DNA of 64,000 bases from assembly GCA_044892525.1 (NCBI GenBank), contig CM097885.1, positions 157,170,001 to 157,234,000 on the forward strand, given 5' to 3'. Shown here piece after piece: positions 39,801 to 52,994 of the stretch. Positions within the stretch are counted from its first letter, which is position 1, and each line of letters starts with the position of its first letter. Source of the stretch: Schmidtea polychroa. Lineage: Eukaryota. A program made the position numbers and the translations under genes. Under the pieces are notes generated by a model. It was given only the letters and a program-made list of their open reading frames with translations. It did not search any database and was not told the DNA's origin.

Positions 39801-40294
39801 ATCATTGAACCAAAATCCTGCAAAGCCATGATGTCTCATGGCAAATGTCGAGGTAGGTATCCGCTGATTTTTGTTTTTTTTTGTCGACATCGTTACGCGA
39901 AAACATTTACAATTGCTGTTCACAACAGGATCCGGCTTCATCGATTGCGCAACCGAAGTGGATGCGGAAAAAGTGATTCAAATTCTCAGGAACAAACTGA
40001 TGCCCGATGGCAGTCGCCTGAATGTCAAATTCGCTTATGTGAGTAGTGTGGTTGTTAGAGAACAAAAACCTGTCATGATGACGATATTGTCCAGGAAAAT
40101 GAAAAAGATGATCTGAATGTCTACGTGAGGAATCTACCCCGACGGAGCAGCTTTACTAATTCGAATCTCGAGGAGCTGTTCAAGGATTATGGTCAAGTGG
40201 TGTCGGTGAAATTGCTTCAGTCAGACAATCAATATACAGGTGTGTTTAATGTTGTGTGTACGTTTGTATAAATATATATATATATGTGTGTGTG

Positions 40295-40327
<33 letters not shown>

Positions 40328-43300
40328 TACATTTTCTGTGGGCAGGTAAGGGTGTGTGCATGCGTGCAGTAAATGCGGCATCAAAGGCAGCAGTATTCAT
40401 GTCACTGGCAACTGCATCAGCCGCATGATTATTTTTGGCGGTAATTCAAAATTATGATCAATCAGTAAGTGTGTATGTGTATGTGTATATGCCTTGATCA
40501 TTTGTCAATTTTAAATATCTATTATTGGTCATTAGTTTTATTTATGTACTTATAATTATTTTTTGATTATTATTATTATTATTTAAGGATTATTATATAT
40601 TATCAGTAATTAATTATTTTAATATATATATATATATATTAGGGTGGCCCATGCAGTATAGCAAAAAAATAAAAGTTTTAAACTTCACCTTCTCACCCTT
40701 CCAACTTGTTCCAATGTTGAAAAGAAAATTTTCTGTGAAATATTTTCTGAAATTTCTCGACATTTAGAGGTGGCCCAACAATCTAGAAGTTTGAAGTACA
40801 AATATTTTAAAGTGGTTTTTATACGTTTTTGCTACTTGTACTGTGTTTGACGAAATTATGAGCAGCAAAATTATCTCATTTTTATTACAACATTAACTGT
40901 AGTGAAAACAGAGACATATTTGACAATAAACACACCTAACAACCGAAGCAGTTTACTAGTTTAGTTTATCACTGGGCCTATAGTCACTAGCCAGTCAAAG
41001 TCGACAAACTCAAAAGTCGAACATTACTATCAGTCACACAGTCAGTACACATTAGGGTAAAATAACAACAGTGCATGGAACATGGAAACTGAAAACATGG
41101 TGATTGAACACAGTTTTTAGTCGTAACTACTAATTAAGATCAGTCCGAGTTTGATAGTTAAGGTGTCGTTGGCGTAGATGACATGGCCATCATGAGACCG
41201 AATTTGCTGCAGTCTGGAAACAGCCGGCGATGTTCGCTAACGACATGCAACATGAATTGAAGCTGTTCCTCATCCTTGGTTAGCTTTTTATTGTAGTCCT
41301 GAATGAGGGCTACCCCTCTCTCAGCTCTGTCATTCACAACAGCCAATCCTTTAACAGTTCTCAGTGCACATTGGTATGTTTCATCCTCATCCCATTCTGA
41401 TGGATCTTTTGACATAAATGACGTCTGTAACTGCAGAAGACGAAACATGGTCATTGAATTGGCTGTGCAGAACTGTTCGAGACCCTTGCTGTTTGTGAAG
41501 GCTGATGTTTCCACTCTGGGACGTTTAGGTGGATGCTCAGGTGCAGCATTCTCCATGGCTGCAAGCATCAGCTTCTTGGTTTCAGCTGGAACTGTGGAGT
41601 CAAACAGAGCGAGTGTTACCAGCTCTTCTGAAATATACCACAGATGCAGTCCCAGCTTTTTGCTGGTTACAGATGAAATGTTTACATCGGGGTATTCAAG
41701 GAGCTGTCTCATCAACAGGAAATCATTCAATGGTGCATTTATTGCCAGAGGTGCTGTTATCCATACTCTGAGATAGACAAGCACACCAAATGCAGCAACA
41801 GCAGTGATTCCCTTCAGCTCACTCTGTGTCATCTTGAATTGTGCTCTGAAAAGCCACATCTTGATACTGTACAGCACTTTAGCCAACGACCTTGCTCGAT
41901 GCATTGCACCTGGAGACTGAAAGTGAATCCCCCTGGAAGGAGCATGCATTCAACAACGATGTGTTTTTGCATGTAATTCAGCAAAGTAAAATACTGACTA
42001 TTAATACATGAAGAGAACAAAGATTGCATAATTACATCTCGACTGGTGAGTAATAGCTGACTTTTTGTCTCAAAAATGAGAAACAAATATAAACATAAAC
42101 AGAAGAGAATTAGCAAAGAATGTCTAATAAATTCAATAAAATACCAATAAATAAGTAACACTTAAATAGGTTAATCATCCATACTCTCTCAGTCACTGCT
42201 ATATAACAAACCAATAACTCGCCCTGAATTACCGGCAAAAGAAACACCATGTCAAAACTTCATCACCAGTGGGCCACCTTTAAATATTGTCAAATTGCAG
42301 AAATATTTTGCACTAATTATTTTTATAGCAATTGGAACAACTTGGAAGGGTGAGAGTTGTTAGTTTTTAACTTTCAATTTTTTGGGCCACCCTAATATAT
42401 ATATTGTTATTAATATTATTATTATTAATTATTTATTTTTTAATATTAATGTCACTTCTCTGTTTTTCTGTAAAGCTGTATTGATTTTATACGAATCAAT
42501 GATTTTTCTTATTAACAATCACTTTGATCATTACCAATGCGCCATATATTATCGTTCTTTCAAGAGATCAATTGATATTTTAAGTATTTCTTAACTAATC
42601 AATATTTCTCAAATTTATAAATAATTATTTAAATAGCATAAAAATATCTACAAAATTCCCATTTAATATATTATCGTAACACAGTACAAATTATCGTAAA
42701 CGTTCCCCACAGTGGATTATTGGATAATTTAGTTTTGCAGTGATCCTATCCAATCAACAAATTAATGCATATTTAAATTGTACGGCATCAATCAATAGTT
42801 TCAAGATTCTAAAGTCATTGACAATTATTAGCAGTTAAGGGAAATATATTAATTAATCAGAATTTCCTTGTTCTTTGTGTATCGGAATTTAGAAATTATT
42901 TCCCTAATCAATGTAATGATTTTCCAATATGGTATAAATGTTTATAAAACGGTTTAAGGCCCATTAATATATCGTAAATTTTCTGCACAACTTTTTTTAA
43001 GTGTTTTGAAATAAAATTTATATAAATCAATGTGTTTTAATCTGAAAAGAAATCAGGGTATATTAAAATTGTTTGATTGCCAATCAAATTACACTTAGTT
43101 CTGGGGTAGGGTAACTGTAACATAGTTGCGTTCACATTTGTCGAAACAAGTTGTTTAGGATTAAGAAATATTTTTTATAATGTTGGACAAATTATTTTAT
43201 TAATGATTTGTCCTTATACAGAATATCAATCACAAATATTGATTTGATAATAATTGTAGTGGGAATAAAAAGTTTTAAAAACTAATTCCACATAAAATGC

Positions 43301-46300
43301 TAAAAGACCTTGGAAAATTATTGTAACCCCCATTTCCCATTTTGGGTGCCCGAAAAAATTCCAGGTTCGAAAATATATTCATGTGTGTCATTTGAGTTAA
43401 GGCCTATCTTGTTTTTTTACTTTCTGGTCTCATTTGCAGACAATTTTTCGAAAAACACATACAAAAAAGTATTCATAAGATAATTCCATTGAAATATATC
43501 CGAATTGGATGAATCTTTTAAAAAATTTTCATTTGAATCTATTCGTTTTCCGAAGAATTTTATTTTTATGTTAAAATCACCTATTTTTGTTACAATATAA
43601 AATAATATTGATTTTATATTAACAATTGAAAATTAAATAAAGACAAAACTAATTCTAATGGAGATTGTCTGGTAATATCGATTAGGTTTTGGTTTCAGTT
43701 TCAATGTTCATTTCAAGGAGTCAAAATTCCAAAATTTTTGAATGCACAATAAAAATTCATCACTATTCGTTTTTTAATATTCGTAAATTTTAACCAACAT
43801 TCAATTCAACAACGTTTAACCGTTCAACGACACATCATCAACAACTTTTAGCTTTAGCTCAATCAATTTCATATGGTTTTCTAAAATTTCTAAAATCAAC
43901 AAAACAGCACTATTGTTCTTGGGATAGTGGAAAATCATGCAATTGACAGCAAAATTTTCACTAATGAAACTGCAATTAATGGGATTTAACAAATTTAATG
44001 GCCTATAATGTAGTTCATTATGAGCACAACGCGTTAAAATTGATCCTCTACGTGACGTAAAAATTACAAAAGGGTCAAATTTTAAGGTCAAGGTCAATTT
44101 AGGGTCTTTTAAAGATTGACAATGTTAGTTTAAGGGTAAAATTTCACTAAAACGAGGAGGAGCGAGTAAAACTTGCCAGAACGCTCATAGCACACTAATA
44201 TATATTTTTCTTTTCACCTAATTGAAAGAGCCCAGCTTTGTTTTTAGTATAAGAAAGAATATTTTAAAGTCCTTTTTTAATTTCAAATATTTTTTTAAAA
44301 TGTTTTTATAAAATTTACTGCTTATAAATAAATATTTATTTCCGAAGTTTTGATAAACTATTTTAAGTTATATTTCTTCGCTTTTCAGATTTACGTTTAG
44401 AAATAATTCTCAATTCCAATTTGTCCTTGATTTTTAATATTTTTAGATGACGTAATATTTATTTATCATGCCATATTTATTTATTATGTAATCAATATTC
44501 AAAATTTCTCAATTTATTTGATGTGAAAAGTTGAAATTTTGAATTGATAAAATCGTAAATCTGAAAAAGCTGAGTAATTTTAACTTGAATTCTTTTCAAG
44601 TGGGATTTTAAAATTTTGATTTATAAAATATGTAATGTCAAAAGTAATAGAGATGATTTTCTAACAATTGATGATAAAGTATAAATTATAACTCAAATAA
44701 TCAACCAGTGTTCAATAGAAGTAGTTTACCAACGAAACTGCAAATTATGACGAAAACCGATAAAAGTTTTGTTTGAACATTTTTGTACGGAATTTATTGT
44801 TATATTGAATTCCGATTGTCGAAGTGGTACATCTAATCAAATATTTACTCTTCGTAGTTTTACTCACTGGTTCTTATGTGAATTGCCATTCGAATCGCTT
44901 TGGAGTTGAATGTCAATTCTGTTACTTAAATTTGATGAAATTTTTTCTATTATAAGCAACATATATCTAGGCATTAGCAATTCATATCCATAAAAAGTTT
45001 GTGTGATATCTCTCAAAACGCGACACCGGTCACAAAGCCAAATAACAGTCTTCACATATATATCTAGTTTCTTTTCGGAGTTTCTTTTCTCATTTGGTAT
45101 ATTGCTCAAACAGCAAACGGAACAACGACGTATTGGTGCCTCTTTCCCGACATTTGGATAAATTATCTTTGGGAATTGCCTTTCTGTAAACCGTAATCGA
45201 TTTCTTTCATGTGATAAATGGCCGCCTTTTTTGTGAAGTTAGTTTTTTAAGATCCATCTTGGTATATAACGCCATCTGCCTTTCAGTACCGTCAAGAGAT
45301 AAATGATGAGTCCGGTAATCATACATAGATGTAGTAGAACAAAGCAATATATTTTTGATCCGCTAATCGGGAGGATGTGAGAAGACAAAACGGATTAAGA
45401 ATAATTATTTATTTCTTAGTAAATCTCATGATGACAAAATATGTGAAAAGATATCCTGTTAAATAAAACTATATATATGTACTATAAGGGCTCTACGAAT
45501 CCGAAAGGAAATTAAAACAAATCGATAATCTTCGAAAATAATTCTGTCCGAATGTTTCTGAGTTGTTTTATTGATTAAAATTCTTTTTTTAAGTGGTTAT
45601 ACTCAAAAGTATGGTGTAGAATATTTTCTATAATTGTTATTGTTACCGATGCTTGCATGTGTCCATGTCAGTAATATAGACAATGAAATTAATATGGCGA
45701 TGTGAACGAGTGAAATTGGAGAATTATTTAATGGGTTATATTGGTCATTCACAATATCTATTAGATGATATGTATTCATTGTCTTTTTATAAATCTCTAT
45801 TAGCCATTTGACACAGAATGCTCTACTTTTATGACAAACAGAATATATACACACTCCACAATTTATACACACAAACACAGAGACAACAATAACATCCAAT
45901 CAAATGCATGCATGAGAAAATTATGAATAATGTCAACGATCTCGACAATATATCGCCTATTTGTTGACATTGATGAATAATAGTAGTAGTGAGTTACGAA
46001 GTAATTTTAATGTATTCCTATCACAAATAAAATATTTCTAGCCTTATTTCCCAATGAGTAAACTATGAATAAGAAACTTATTAATAATTATATTTTTAAT
46101 TTAAAAATTTTTCCTTTTTTTCAAAAAAAAAACTCCAATAAATCTGGAATTAATAAATTTATTTCAATTGATAGATTAATGCGGAATTTAACAAAAAGAT
46201 ATACAAGAATATCACAATATATTATTAAGTCTTTATATAATTACCAGCACCAATTATAATATCTTGATGAACACAAAACCAAGCCATTTTACCCTCTTTT

Positions 46301-49300
46301 CCATTGTAATTTTTAAATATGACTTTAGTTGCTCTGTTTATTTTTTTTTCTATCTCGTCATGACACCTTACGCTATGGGATACTGTATCATGAACCTTAC
46401 AACTTTGTTTCTGTTCCGGTTCATATTTACCTACAATATTCATTGCATTATCAATTAGTTCTCTTAACCTGCATCTTTTTCAAATGCTACCTGATAATTA
46501 ATTTCCTTCAAATCCGTTTCATTGTTTAAATCAAATAATTCCTCTAAGTAATCTTAATGAGTTGTAAAAAGAGCTTTTTCAACAATTGCACTTATTATTT
46601 TTTCACTGTTGGCTAAAATTTGTACTATACCTTAACAACTATTTATATTTTCATTCGGTTACCTAATCCAAGAACAATATTATTGAGGATACTTAAATAA
46701 TGAAAATTATATAAAATAAATAGGAGATTGCTCCAAAATTCTCAAGAATTATGAGAAATTAAAAATATGAAGAGGAAATTGCAAAAATCAATAAGATCAA
46801 AAAACAAAATACGACAAAGTCGTTATTAATTTATGAGTTCAAATTAAAAAGAGAAAACAAACAACAAAATGGAAATTAAAAATTACTTTATCTAGGCAGC
46901 TTGGTCAAGATAACGAATAAACCACCGGAAAAGGTGGGGAAATGATAAAAGCAAACCAAATTGCATATCTTACCAACTGTCGGAGATGGCAGCAATGAAT
47001 TGAAATGACTCTAATTGTATGAGAGAAAACGAAAATAAAATTGGAATTATCTTGGAAGTGTCAGCAAATAACAACCTATAAAAGGCAGAGGAACACCTGG
47101 AGAAACGATAGGGGAAATCGAGAAGAAATTGAGACAAGAAAATAGTTAAAAGTTTTGGAAAAAAAGTAATACTGAAACAAAAAGCAAATAGGAGATTGAC
47201 ACAAGTATATTGAGGAAGTTCGATTGAAGAAGCAATTTGACTCACTGTGTCGTAATTATGTTAGTAGAAATCGAATTGATTGTAATTGCGACAGAAAATA
47301 AATATTGAGAAAGTGTCATTCTTGTTGATACTTCAAGTTACGCTCGGAGTCAAATCAGTTTCAATACATTTCGCCAACAACCATATTAATTGGTCAAGGT
47401 TATGACCTTTGCATAGATCTCCGAAAGACCTTTCGAATGATACCCTTGGTTGAGGGTTTGACCTTATTTAACCTTATTTAAAAATTGAGGAGTCAACTGA
47501 CGACCATTAAGTCACCAAATGAGTCATACCGATGAGTAATACTGATGAGTCATAAATTAAAAAACCATGGCGGTAGAGATGGGGTATGAGTCATATGTCT
47601 TTGTTCCTGGCTTCTCATTCCACCCTACTATATGCAGTCCATTGATCAAAATAGCAAATTTGTAAGAATTTATAAAAAATAATTGTGAAAGTTTGCATAA
47701 AATTTTAATGTGATATAAAAATTTTAATTTTGAAAAAAAGGAAATGAAATTTATAGCAACGTTTATTTGGATAATTAGATTAAAAATTTTGTTTAAATAT
47801 CTGAAATTCAGAAGTTGACAATTTGGATTAGTAAAAACAACAAAAAAGACTTGATTTGCAAAATGAGCCGAATAACAATTTCGTTGTGGCTAACCCATAC
47901 AATATGATATTTTTTGCCTTTACGTTCAAAATTTGTAAAATTAAATTCCGTGGATTCCTATAGTAAATATAGTTAATAAAAAATATCGGAAAAATCTATA
48001 TAACTTATCAATATAAGCAAAAATATTCAATTTCTTTAGTGCAGTAATATTATTTTATTATTTTATTGATATATAATGCGCAATGTGCATTGCACATATA
48101 TAGAAACTAGAATCTCGCAAACGAGCAATTTGTATATTCGCCCTCAAATACAAACATGTCCACACGTAGTTTTCATATCTTTATGCTCGCTGGCTAATTT
48201 TTTCGATTGTAGATTAAAATTATCCTAAATATTTCACAGCACACTACCGTGCCGCAGCACACAGTTTGACAGACACTGAAATAAAGCAAGAAATTAAGTT
48301 TATTATACAATTGTAAATAATAATATTATTAACAATACTTATGAAAATAAAATTATAAAATGGTTTTTAAAATAAATTAATAAAATTAAATATTAATTAT
48401 TTATGAAAATTTCCTTTGATAAAGTCTATATAAAATTTTAATTAAAAATCGTTTTAAATTTTTGGGTTTATACAAATGAAATTTGTTTGTTCTCTTTTGA
48501 AATTGGAGTTGAAAACTGCCGCTATGCAATAGAATTTTCTAATAGAAATCATAGTCGATTTATTTTTCCGTATTGAATCAAATGGCAAATAATGATTTAT
48601 AATAGTGATGCTATTTATTTTAAAATATGTTCTTTTGGAATTAAATTCTCAACAAAAATTGCTGAGTTAAAAAATTAAATTTGAGTTAAACAATCGCCAG
48701 TTAAATCTTGTATCTTTTCAAATTTCCTATCCATCAAAAATCACTTAAAAATGCAGTATTGAAAATTCGTGTTAAATATAAGAAAAGAAATAAAAAGAAA
48801 AAAAAAGAAATAAAAATAATGGTAATTAAATAATCTTCCAAAAAAAAGATTACCAATGCTTTTTTATGTTTAGCTAATGTATTTATTAAGCTTTTTCTAT
48901 TATCTATTCGCCGAAAAATTTCCTGGGTTCTGATTGATAGATAAAATAATACTTTTTCATTTCATTTTTTATATAAAATCGACAATATAAGAGAAGAGAA
49001 ACAATTACCAACAGATTAGGTAGCATTATCAATATGGGAGAGAAATACGCTAATGAACACAATCGACTGTATAAACAATGAATCCATTAATTAACATGAA
49101 ATTTCTGAATAGATAATTGGAAAGGTTCTATTTTTAATGCTTGGATTAATATAGACCTGTCCTTGATTATAGTCATTTTTATGGAACTTTTTTTAAAGTT
49201 TTGAATCAAATAAATTCTCGATTTTTTTGAGATGCAAAAATACTAATAAATGGAGCAATTTCCTATTAAAGAAGTTACATTATGAAGTTGTAAGTAACAT

Positions 49301-52300
49301 ATATTTTGCATTCTAAGAAATAGTCTTTGCTTATAATTCTAAATAAGTTCGAAAACATCTATGACAGTGTTATCCAAACTTTTTTGACCCACGGCACACT
49401 TGGCTGATTTAAAAATTTTCGCGGCACACCTAAATTTTTTTTTGCTTTGCAATTTTTTATTGCACTTTTACTAATCTTTCAATAAGAAATGAAAAACTTA
49501 TTTACTTGAAATAAATTTAATGTAAAAAATTTTAAATTTAGAAAAATTAGTGAATGAAAAATTCATAAAACATTGTTTTGACTTTTTTAAAAAAAATTTC
49601 ACGGCACACAGTTTGGACAACGCTGATCTATGATGTGGAGTTTCAGAACTGCTTATATAATTTCACAGATTTAAGTTGCATTGGAATTTTTTAAGCGAAC
49701 CCATGTAATTTTGATTCTTCTTGCAATCTTCAATATATTTGATTAATATCATCATAAATATGATTGGCACACATATCGTGCAACATTTTGCTGTTTCCAC
49801 GAATTGTGTAATATGAGTGTATAATTCGCGAAATCTGTAGAATTTCCTCCTGTTATCGGATTGTAAGGCTACTTCTTTTCATCTATTTGAAAGTATTTTT
49901 CGAAACAAATAACATTTAGTCAAATACTCTTGATAGTGATTAATTAATATAAAAGTTGTCAACTCTGGAAGTCAACAAAATCTGCCTGACTAGTTGATTC
50001 ATATAATTCACAGAAATGGGTCGAACAACAAATCTTTTCAAAGTTAAATATCAATAGCCCATCATTCGCTATTTGTCCATATTCATATCCAAATTGATGA
50101 AAAATGCAAATAGTCAGCTTTTGGTTTGATTGATTGGTTTTGTTAGATGGATAATAGATGTATTTGAAAACCTAACAGTAATTATTTAACTAATTCCGTC
50201 TATTTTAAAATCGTATTTAATTCATTGCATTGACATCCAAAAAAATCTAATTATTCCTCATAACAATCGATTAAACTTTGAGAATAAATGTATATATCTT
50301 AAAAAACCAAAAGACTTATGAAGTAATATAACATTAGCAACGTTTCGTAAAATCCATTCGAATTGCACATTTTTCCGGGGAAAATATTTAAATATTTTTT
50401 GTTTACGCTGATGATAAAAATTTTATTTGGGTACGCATGTATTCCATAGTAGTTATAGGGTTAGATGTTACGAGTACATTGGTACATAAAATATATTGAA
50501 AAGCATTCGTGTCCAACAACAAATAAAATTTCAAATTGTGCGACGATATACTTTCTTACAAGTTTATTATTACTGAATTGTGTTGACTATTATAATCTTG
50601 ATAAAATATTATCGGAATCATTTCCCATCTAAAAATACTTATTATATATTGTTGTTTTATCTGAAATATCTTTAAATTTTAATTATTAAAAGTTTTTATA
50701 AAAATTTTTTGTAGGAAATTTGTATATTTTTTCGGAAATCGTTGTTGAAGTATTCTGAAACAGTTAATTTTAATAATATATTTTAATTTTGTTTTTTTAC
50801 AAATTACCGATATAGTTGATGAAAATTTTCTATGAAGAAGATGCTCTAGCATTAATTTTTTTTATTCTTTTACCGTTAATTTTTTATGTTTAAAAAGCTT
50901 TGATGAAAATTCGTATAAAAAATTCGTATATTTTCTAAAAACAAATGAAAAATTTTAATAGTTAATCTTTTTTAATTTATTTGAATTCTTTGAAACATGA
51001 CTTTGAAATAACCCATCGATATTCTGTTGAATGTGTCACACCTTAGAGGAAAATGAAATTTATCAGTTTAATATTGGGTAAATGGTAGATTTACTATGTT
51101 AAAAAATAAAGTAATAAATTAAATTAATAAATCAATATAACTTAATTATAAAATTAAAAACACTGCAATTAAAAAAATATTTACTTACACAAAAATTAAA
51201 TAAAATCCATAATTATTAATCCATTAACCAGGAATAGTTTAATAAGATCAACAACTCATTAAATCTCTTATTTTTTGTAATGTTGTATTCCCAAATAAAT
51301 TGTACTAAATATACCGATTGAATCTCACTTGAAACGCCTCTTTTTACGTCCATTATTACCAACTCTGCCCAGAATACTAGAATTTGCTGATAAATAATAC
51401 ATCATTGCCTCACGAAGCAACGAAACCCAATATTCAATTCATATCTAATATCTTGTAATTCTTCCCCTTTCATACAACGATAAAAAAGTTTTACTATTTT
51501 TTTGTGTTTATCTTACTTTTCACAATGAAAGAGTTTGCACGAATAGATTCCTGATATCGACATGTCTGAATACAGCACTAGTGATAACCATCCACATAAT
51601 TCATATTTTTAACATACCGTAAATGCCGGTTTTCGCATCGTTTACACAGTTTAAAAATCGGTATCAGACCAAAGCGGGCTAAAAATTCCTTTGTATTGGT
51701 ATGATCAAGAAACACATTGTCGAGATAGTTTTCGTTAATATTTATGGCACGTACTTTGGCGTCTGAAAGAATTGACTGCTTCGGAATTATAAAGAATTGT
51801 GTTTGTTTTGGCATGGATGTGCTAATTTTTTTAAATTTATAATTAATTTATATTGCTTTAACATAGTAAATCTACCATTTACCTAATATTGTTTTAAAGT
51901 ATCAATATAATTAATCAATAAAACAATATATTTCATTGATTTATTTTATGAAAAATTCTCCAAGTACTTGTTATAGCTAGAAAACTTGTGAAATAATTGA
52001 ACTAACATTAAGTAAATATTTTATGATCGATAAATATTTGTGTCAAGGTACTGGATTTGTACGTTATTCAAGTGCAGATGAAGCACAGCGTGCAGTAGAT
52101 CATATGAATGGACGTAAATTGATTCTTGGAAATGATGACAAGCCTGTCATTTGTAAATTGGCTGATAAAGGCGGCCGAAGAATGGCTCATGGAGGTGGTC
52201 AATCATTATCGGATGGTCTTCAACATCAATCTGATGGAGATATTCAACATCATTCCAATGGTGTAATGTCAGGACACTCTGTGTCTGGTGATGCGGACAA

Positions 52301-52994
52301 AATTAATGCCGCATACAGTGGTTTACAGGTAATGTCTAGTCAACCATATGGATCCCACCAAGGACATTCATGGCTACCAGCAGGTCATGCCAGTCCGGAT
52401 TTATTGGCTCAGGAACTTCAATCAATGGGTTTAACTAATGGTTATACTACTTTACTACCAGGACTTGTACAAGCATCGCCGCTGTCAGTTTCTGCATACG
52501 GGGATGAAAATGCGGCCCAACAGCAAGTTCTTGCACATATTCTTTATCAAAATAGTAGGCTAATGGCTGCTGCTAACTATCAACAACCTCAATCTGCCGC
52601 ACAAACTCATCACCATCAACAACAGCAACAATCTCAACAATCCATGATGCAGTGGCAACATCATCCCCAGGCACCTGCTAATGGAGGGGGTCTTTACTAT
52701 ACCACATCTACGGAACCGATGACACCTGCTACTGCAGCTTATTCTCAGCTGATTTATCCGCATCATCAATACGCTAATCGACCTCCTAGATCTATCATTC
52801 CCACCGCTGCTGTCGCTGCTGCTGCTGCTGCCGCCGCCGCCGCCGCCAACATGAAGTCGTCCCAGCCTCCATCAGTATTGGACCAAGCAGCTGTTATTAA
52901 TGGTCAGAGTCCGTCCAACATAATCTCCACCAATCAATGCGTAGTTGTTAACGGCAACGGTACCTTGGATTCTCATCAAACCAATAAGATGTGA
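36440..52994 (+). CDS. RBMS: Two-RRM RNA-binding protein, RBMS/MSSP/Alan shepard-like
   Basis: Exons 36440-36844, 39693-39852, 39929-40038, 40095-40239 and 52048-52994 splice in frame. RRM1: SKTNLYINGL...KCRGSGFID. RRM2: NVYVRNLP...GTGFVRY...PVICKLADKGG, matching RBMS TNLYIxGL / PLLCKFADGG. Q/A/H-rich tail. The first exon and start codon are less certain. Confidence 0.85.
39693..40239 (+). CDS. RBMS: RBMS-like exons 2-4: RRM1 and first half of RRM2
   Basis: Introns 39853-39928 and 40039-40094 (GT-AG); RNP2 and RNP1 motifs visible after splicing. Confidence 0.9.
40258..40326. repeat. Compound (TA)n/(TG)n/(TCTG)n microsatellite
   Basis: TATATATATATGTGTGTGTGTCTGTCTGTCTG directly visible. Confidence 0.9.
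40640..42394 (-). mobile_element. hATm-like DNA transposon deletion derivative carrying transposase C-terminus
   Basis: TIRs TAGGGTGGCCCA / TGGGCCACCCTA extending into about 70-bp imperfect inverted arms; 8-bp TSD ATATATAT. ORF 41158-41949 has PGAMHRAR, APLNDF, HLWYISEELVTLALFD and VVNDRAERGV. The subfamily name comes from remembered terminal and motif conventions. Confidence 0.8.
44985..45330 (-). mobile_element. piggyBac (PGBD4-like) transposase C-terminal Cys-rich remnant
   Basis: RLRFTERQFP...RRCSVCC, frameshift, RKETRYICEDCYLAL*PVSRFERYHT. Confidence 0.75.
48240..48278. mobile_element. Isolated right end of a hAT MITE related to 49365-49625
   Basis: GCAGCACACAGTTTGACAGACACTG resembles the 3' end CGGCACACAGTTTGGACAACGCTG. 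Confidence 0.5.
49365..49625. mobile_element. hAT (Charlie-like) MITE
   Basis: TIRs CAGTGTTATCCAAACT / AGTTTGGACAACGCTG; perfect 8-bp TSD ATCTATGA; internal CGGCACAC subterminal repeats. Confidence 0.92.
51077..51883 (-). mobile_element. Merlin (IS1595/ISXO2-related) DNA transposon, internally deleted
   Basis: Perfect 27-bp TIRs GGTAAATGGTAGATTTACTATGTTAAA; perfect 8-bp TSD TAATATTG. Remnant FLARFGLI...CKRC...DGYH..C...C..SIR..SF plus C-terminal QSVYLVQFIWE. Confidence 0.88.
52048..52994 (+). CDS. RBMS: RBMS-like last exon: RRM2 second half and low-complexity tail
   Basis: Phase-1 acceptor CAAG; GTGFVRYSSADEAQRAVDHMNG...VICKLADKGG; polyQ and polyA tracts; TGA stop. Confidence 0.9.

Noticed and set aside
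41303-41776. Plus-strand ORFs over the hATm element, and antisense ORFs over Gypsy/gag regions (e.g. 28445, 29392, 34734, 34763)
   Set aside because: Antisense shadows of real transposon coding frames.
43790-44210. Helitron/Helentron-like motifs (AGGTCAAGGTCAA, terminal hairpin)
   Set aside because: Ends could not be defined and there is no second copy in the window.
46050-46620. Possible Tc1/mariner DDE remnant on the minus strand
   Set aside because: A single weak MAWFC...YCDIL resemblance, with no TIRs identified.
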